63,142 nt of DNA, from positions 1 to 63,142 of the forward strand of contig JBFYXW010000027.1 in the NCBI GenBank assembly GCA_041310335.1, in the 5' to 3' direction. Numbering within the stretch: position 1 is the first letter of the stretch; every line of letters starts with the position of its first letter. Below the pieces are notes generated by a model. That model saw only the letters and a list, made by a program, of their open reading frames with translations, had not been told where the DNA came from and searched no databases. The stretch is from Syntrophaceae bacterium (lineage in GTDB: Bacteria > Desulfobacterota > Syntrophia > Syntrophales > PHBD01). Made by a program: the position numbers and the translations under genes. This document shows, piece by piece, positions 59,860-63,142 of this stretch.

Positions 59860-60669
59860 TCATTCCCCGGTAAAGCGGGGTGCACGCTTTTCAAAGAAGG
59901 CCGCTACGGCCTCCATCAGGTCCTTGCTGGGAAGGATGGCGGAATTCATCTGCGCCACGTAATCGAGTCCGGGATAGATGCCGTTGTCCCGGTTGTACAG
60001 GATGACCTCCTTGACTCCCTGCACGGTCATGGGGGGGTTGGCAGCGATCTCTTCGGCCAGGGCGAAGGCGGCCTTCTGGACGGCCTCGCGGTCCTCGCAG
60101 AGGCGGTTCACGTAGCCGATCCGGTACGCCTCCTCGGCGGTGAAATCCCTGCCCGTCAGGGCCAGCTCCCGGAAGAGCCCCTGGCCGACGATGGTGGGGA
60201 ACCGCTGGAGGGTCCCCACGTCGGCGACGATCCCGATCTTCGTCTCGCGGATCGAGAAGACGGCGTCCCGGGAGGCCAGGCGGATGTCGCAGGCGCTCGT
60301 CACGTCGATGCCGCCGCCGACACAGTGCCCGTGAACGGCGGCGATGACGGGCTTGCGGCAGCGCTCCACGGCGCTGATGCAGTCCTGGAGCCACCGGATC
60401 TTCCACCGCGTTTCCCCCCGCTGTTTCGCCGAACCGTCGCCGAGGATCGCCGCCCCCTCCACGAGGTCCAGCCCCGCGCAGAACGTCTTCCCCTCGGCCT
60501 GGACCACGACGGCCCGCACCTCCGGATCGGCGTCCAGGCTTCCGAAGTGCTCCGTCAACCCGGTGAAGAAATCGAAGGTCATGCAGTTGCGCTTCTCCGG
60601 CCGGGCGAGAATCAGCCGGGCCACGTGCCCTTCCTTTTCGATCCGGAAGGGGGCAGCTTTTTCCGTCAT
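59860..60669 (-). CDS. Crotonase-family enzyme, dienoyl-CoA-isomerase-like (paralog of 35247-36053)
   Basis: FRIEKEGHVARLILARPEKRNCM, AEGKTFCAGLDL, HGHCVGGGIDVTSACDIRLA, FFEKRAPRFTGE. Confidence 0.85.
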   Translation of the reverse strand: MTEKAAPFRIEKEGHVARLILARPEKRNCMTFDFFTGLTEHFGSLDADPEVRAVVVQAEGKTFCAGLDLVEGAAILGDGSAKQRGETRWKIRWLQDCISAVERCRKPVIAAVHGHCVGGGIDVTSACDIRLASRDAVFSIRETKIGIVADVGTLQRFPTIVGQGLFRELALTGRDFTAEEAYRIGYVNRLCEDREAVQKAAFALAEEIAANPPMTVQGVKEVILYNRDNGIYPGLDYVAQMNSAILPSKDLMEAVAAFFEKRAPRFTGE

Positions 60670-60707
60670 CGTTCTTCCTTTCGTGAAAAAATCGCCCCTC
60701 GGGCCCG

Positions 60708-61850
60708 CTACAGGCCCATGAACCTGGCGATGATGGTCTTCATGATCTCGTTGGTCCCGGCAAAGATCCGGGTGATGCGGATGTCCCGCCAGGCCCGGGA
60801 GATCTCGTACTCGTCGCAGTAACCGTATCCGCCGTGAAGCTGGAGGCAGCGGTCGGCGACCCGGTTGGCCATGTCGGTGACCCAGTACTTGGCCATGGAG
60901 GTCTCGATAATGATCTGCCGCCCCTCCATGTGGTCCGCCACCAGCTTGTCCACGAAGGTCCGTCCCAGTTTGATTTCCGTCGCCATCTCGACGAGGGAGA
61001 ACTGGTTGACCTGGAACTTGGAGACCGGCTTCCCGAAGACCGTCCGCTCCCGGCAGTACCGGAGGGTGATCTCCAGCATGTACTCCGCGGCGGCGACGGC
61101 GCCGATGGCCAGGACCAGGCGCTCCTGCTGGAGCTTCAGCATCAGCTTTAAAAAGCCCGTGCCTTTCTCCCCCAGCCGGCTGCCCGCCGGAATCCGGCAG
61201 TCCGTGAAGTACAGCTCCGCCGTGTCCTGGCTGTGCCAGCCGGCCTTCTTGATGTTCCGGCCCTTCTCGAACCCGGGCGCGCCGGCCTCCACGAGGAACA
61301 GGTCGACGGCCTTATGGGGGTCTGTCTCCCGGGGGTCCTTGGCGGCCACGACGCAGAGGTCGCAGACGATTCCGTTGGAGATGAAGGTCTTCTGGCCGTT
61401 GAGGACGAAGCCGTCCCCGTTTTCCGCGGCCGTCGTCTTCATGGCCGCCAGGTCGCTCCCGGCGCCCGGCTCCGTCATGGCCACCGCGGTGATGATGTCG
61501 CCAGTGACGCATCCGGGCAGGTATTTCTGCTTCTGCTCCTCGGAACCGAAGGAGAGAATGTAGGGTACGATGATGTCGCTGTGCAGGGAGGCGGTGAGGC
61601 CCGAGAAGTTCGCCCGGGCCATCTCCTCGTTCACGATGACGGAGTACAGGAAGTCCGCCCCGGGCCCGCCGTACTCTTCGGGAACCGACGTCCCCAGGAA
61701 GCCCTGCTGGCCCATCTTCTGCCAGGCGCTCTTGGGCACGAGGCCCGCCTCTTCCCACTCCTCGACGTGGGGGATCAGTTCATTGGCCACGAACTTCCGC
61801 AGCGTGTCGCGGAAGATTCGGTGTTCTTCGGAATAATGGAGTATTTCCAT
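60708..61850 (-). CDS. Acyl-CoA dehydrogenase (paralog of 24922-26064)
   Basis: MEILHYSEEHRIFRDTLRKF, MTEPGAGSD, IFAGTNEIMKTIIARFMGL. GAGGAG SD. Confidence 0.9.
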   Translation of the reverse strand: MEILHYSEEHRIFRDTLRKFVANELIPHVEEWEEAGLVPKSAWQKMGQQGFLGTSVPEEYGGPGADFLYSVIVNEEMARANFSGLTASLHSDIIVPYILSFGSEEQKQKYLPGCVTGDIITAVAMTEPGAGSDLAAMKTTAAENGDGFVLNGQKTFISNGIVCDLCVVAAKDPRETDPHKAVDLFLVEAGAPGFEKGRNIKKAGWHSQDTAELYFTDCRIPAGSRLGEKGTGFLKLMLKLQQERLVLAIGAVAAAEYMLEITLRYCRERTVFGKPVSKFQVNQFSLVEMATEIKLGRTFVDKLVADHMEGRQIIIETSMAKYWVTDMANRVADRCLQLHGGYGYCDEYEISRAWRDIRITRIFAGTNEIMKTIIARFMGL

Positions 61851-61985
61851 GGATTGTCTCCTCGATGGGGCGCCGATGACCCCGCATGGGCGGGCGACGC
61901 CGACTCAGGCTCTTGCACGGCAGGAGGGCCGGCCGGGGCGAAGGGGTCGATCCCCTTCACCCCGGGCCGGTTTGCACAGGAAACC

Positions 61986-63142
61986 TTACTTCCCGTATTT
62001 GCCGATGATGGAGATGGCGCACACGTTCTGGTGGGGGAACCCGCCCAGGTTGTGCGTCAGTCCCAGTCGGGGATCCTCCAGCTGGCGCTTCCCCGCCTTC
62101 CCCTGCAACTGCAGGTACATTTCGTAGAGCATCCGGAGCCCCGAGGCCCCGATGGGGTGGCCGAAGCACTTGAGCCCGCCGTCGATCTGGGCCGGGATCT
62201 TGCCGTCCCGGTCGTACATCCCGTTCAGGGCGTCCTTCCAGGCCTGTCCCCGCTCGGAGATGTGGAGGTCCTCGTAGGTGACGAGCTCCGTGATGGAGAA
62301 GCAGTCATGGAGCTCCATCATGCTGATCTCCTCCTTCGGATTGGTGACCCCCGCCTCCTTGTAGGCGGCGGTGCTGCAGACGCTCGCCGTGACGAAGTGC
62401 TCTCCGTCCCACTCGTTGAACCCCCCCTCGTAGCCGTTGCTGACGGACAGCTGCGTGGCCTTGACGGTGATGATGTCTTTCTTCCCGAGCTTCTTCGCGA
62501 TTTCGGGGGTCGTCACGATGGCGCAGGCCGAACCGTCGGAAACGCCGCAGCAGTCGAACAGGCCCAGGGGCCAGGCAATGATCGGGGACGCCAGGACCTG
62601 GTCCATGGTGACGGCCTTTCTCAGATGTGCCTTGGGGTTGAGGGCCCCGTTGGCGTGGCTCTTCACGGACACGTGGGCGATGGCCCGCTTGATGTCGTCA
62701 TTCTTGATCTTGTATTTGGCCGCGTAAGCCGAAGCGAGCTGGGCGAAGAGCCCCGGGGCCGTGGCATTGGGAAACCACTGCCACGCCAGCGTCCCCGCCG
62801 AGGCGCCCCAGGCGGGAAGGCCGCCGTAGCCCGTATCCTTCAGCTTTTCCACGCCCTGGGCGAGGCAGATGTCGTAGGCCCCCGAGGCGACGGCATACGC
62901 GGCGGCCCGGAAGGCCTCCGTCCCCGTGGCGCAGTAATTCTCCATGCGGCTGATGGGAATGTTCGGCAGCCGGAGGGAAACGCCGAGGGTCGGCGCTCCC
63001 TTGCCCACGTTGACCTCTTCGAAGCACACGCCGAACCAGGCGGCCTGGATGTCCTTCTTCTCGATGCCCGCATCGGCGATCGCTTCCTGGAAGGCCTCGA
63101 CGATGAGCCCTTCCGCCCCCACATCCCATCGCTCACCGAACC
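61986..63142 (-). CDS. SCP-x-type thiolase with canonical catalytic residues; 5' end runs off the window
   Basis: The frame stays open to the window edge (FGERWDVGAEGLIVEAF is a typical early thiolase segment), so the track start at 63122 is an internal GTG. Motifs: MENYCATGTEA (Cys), CFGHPIGASG (His), THNLGG. Confidence 0.85.
   Translation of the reverse strand, partial: FGERWDVGAEGLIVEAFQEAIADAGIEKKDIQAAWFGVCFEEVNVGKGAPTLGVSLRLPNIPISRMENYCATGTEAFRAAAYAVASGAYDICLAQGVEKLKDTGYGGLPAWGASAGTLAWQWFPNATAPGLFAQLASAYAAKYKIKNDDIKRAIAHVSVKSHANGALNPKAHLRKAVTMDQVLASPIIAWPLGLFDCCGVSDGSACAIVTTPEIAKKLGKKDIITVKATQLSVSNGYEGGFNEWDGEHFVTASVCSTAAYKEAGVTNPKEEISMMELHDCFSITELVTYEDLHISERGQAWKDALNGMYDRDGKIPAQIDGGLKCFGHPIGASGLRMLYEMYLQLQGKAGKRQLEDPRLGLTHNLGGFPHQNVCAISIIGKYGK

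Noticed and set aside
1-63142. Search for mobile elements, CRISPR arrays, rRNA/tRNA genes and toxin-antitoxin or defence genes.
   Set aside because: I found no integrase/transposase-like ORFs, no regularly spaced repeats, no rRNA/tRNA signatures and no recognisable defence-system proteins. The window appears to be metabolic and regulatory only.

Overview
GC-rich bacterial chromosomal window, roughly two-thirds G+C by eye, densely coding. I saw no rRNA, tRNA, CRISPR array, transposase or integrase. ORF-track caveats: it translates GTG/TTG starts as M, and it omits ORFs with no in-window stop. It therefore misses a 3.4-kb HdrA-like gene on the minus strand at the left edge. The many 900-1300 aa ORFs are antisense or out-of-frame artefacts of high GC.

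Layout:
- 1-3392 (-): giant HdrA/GltD-like fusion flavoprotein, 3' partial.
- 3393-4201: 0.8-kb divergent spacer with an orphan terminator-like hairpin and an Hsp33 N-terminal relic.
- 4202-6471 (+): enolase-superfamily enzyme plus Zn-ADH.
- 6670-17103 (-): THUMP RNA methyltransferase, murI, then a tightly coupled string. The string is a ketosynthase, a Cys/His-less KS partner, an acyl-AMP ligase, an ACAD, a TRAM-less MiaB-like radical SAM and a radical SAM carrying two CX3CX2C motifs. A hairpin and a small membrane protein follow. This ACP-less cassette is my best candidate for an undescribed system.
- 17267-21421 (+): Fe-ADH, DegT aminotransferase, hldD, TetR.
- 21534-63142 (-): 35 consecutive same-strand genes of a sigma54-controlled acyl-CoA catabolic super-cluster. 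It holds six more ligases, four ACADs, five crotonases, three MaoC hydratases and three NMO/FabK-like reductases. It also holds an OYE/FadH-type reductase, an AMACR-like enzyme, BKACE, a DUF35-thiolase-thiolase-DUF35 block and a CrtI-like flavoprotein with an FNR-[2Fe-2S] reductase. Regulators are a GAF-PAS histidine kinase and a PP2C gene coupled to an NtrC-type activator.

Three GGCAT-N-TTGC sigma54-type promoters are visible on the minus strand. All protein family calls are from motifs read by eye; no database search was run.
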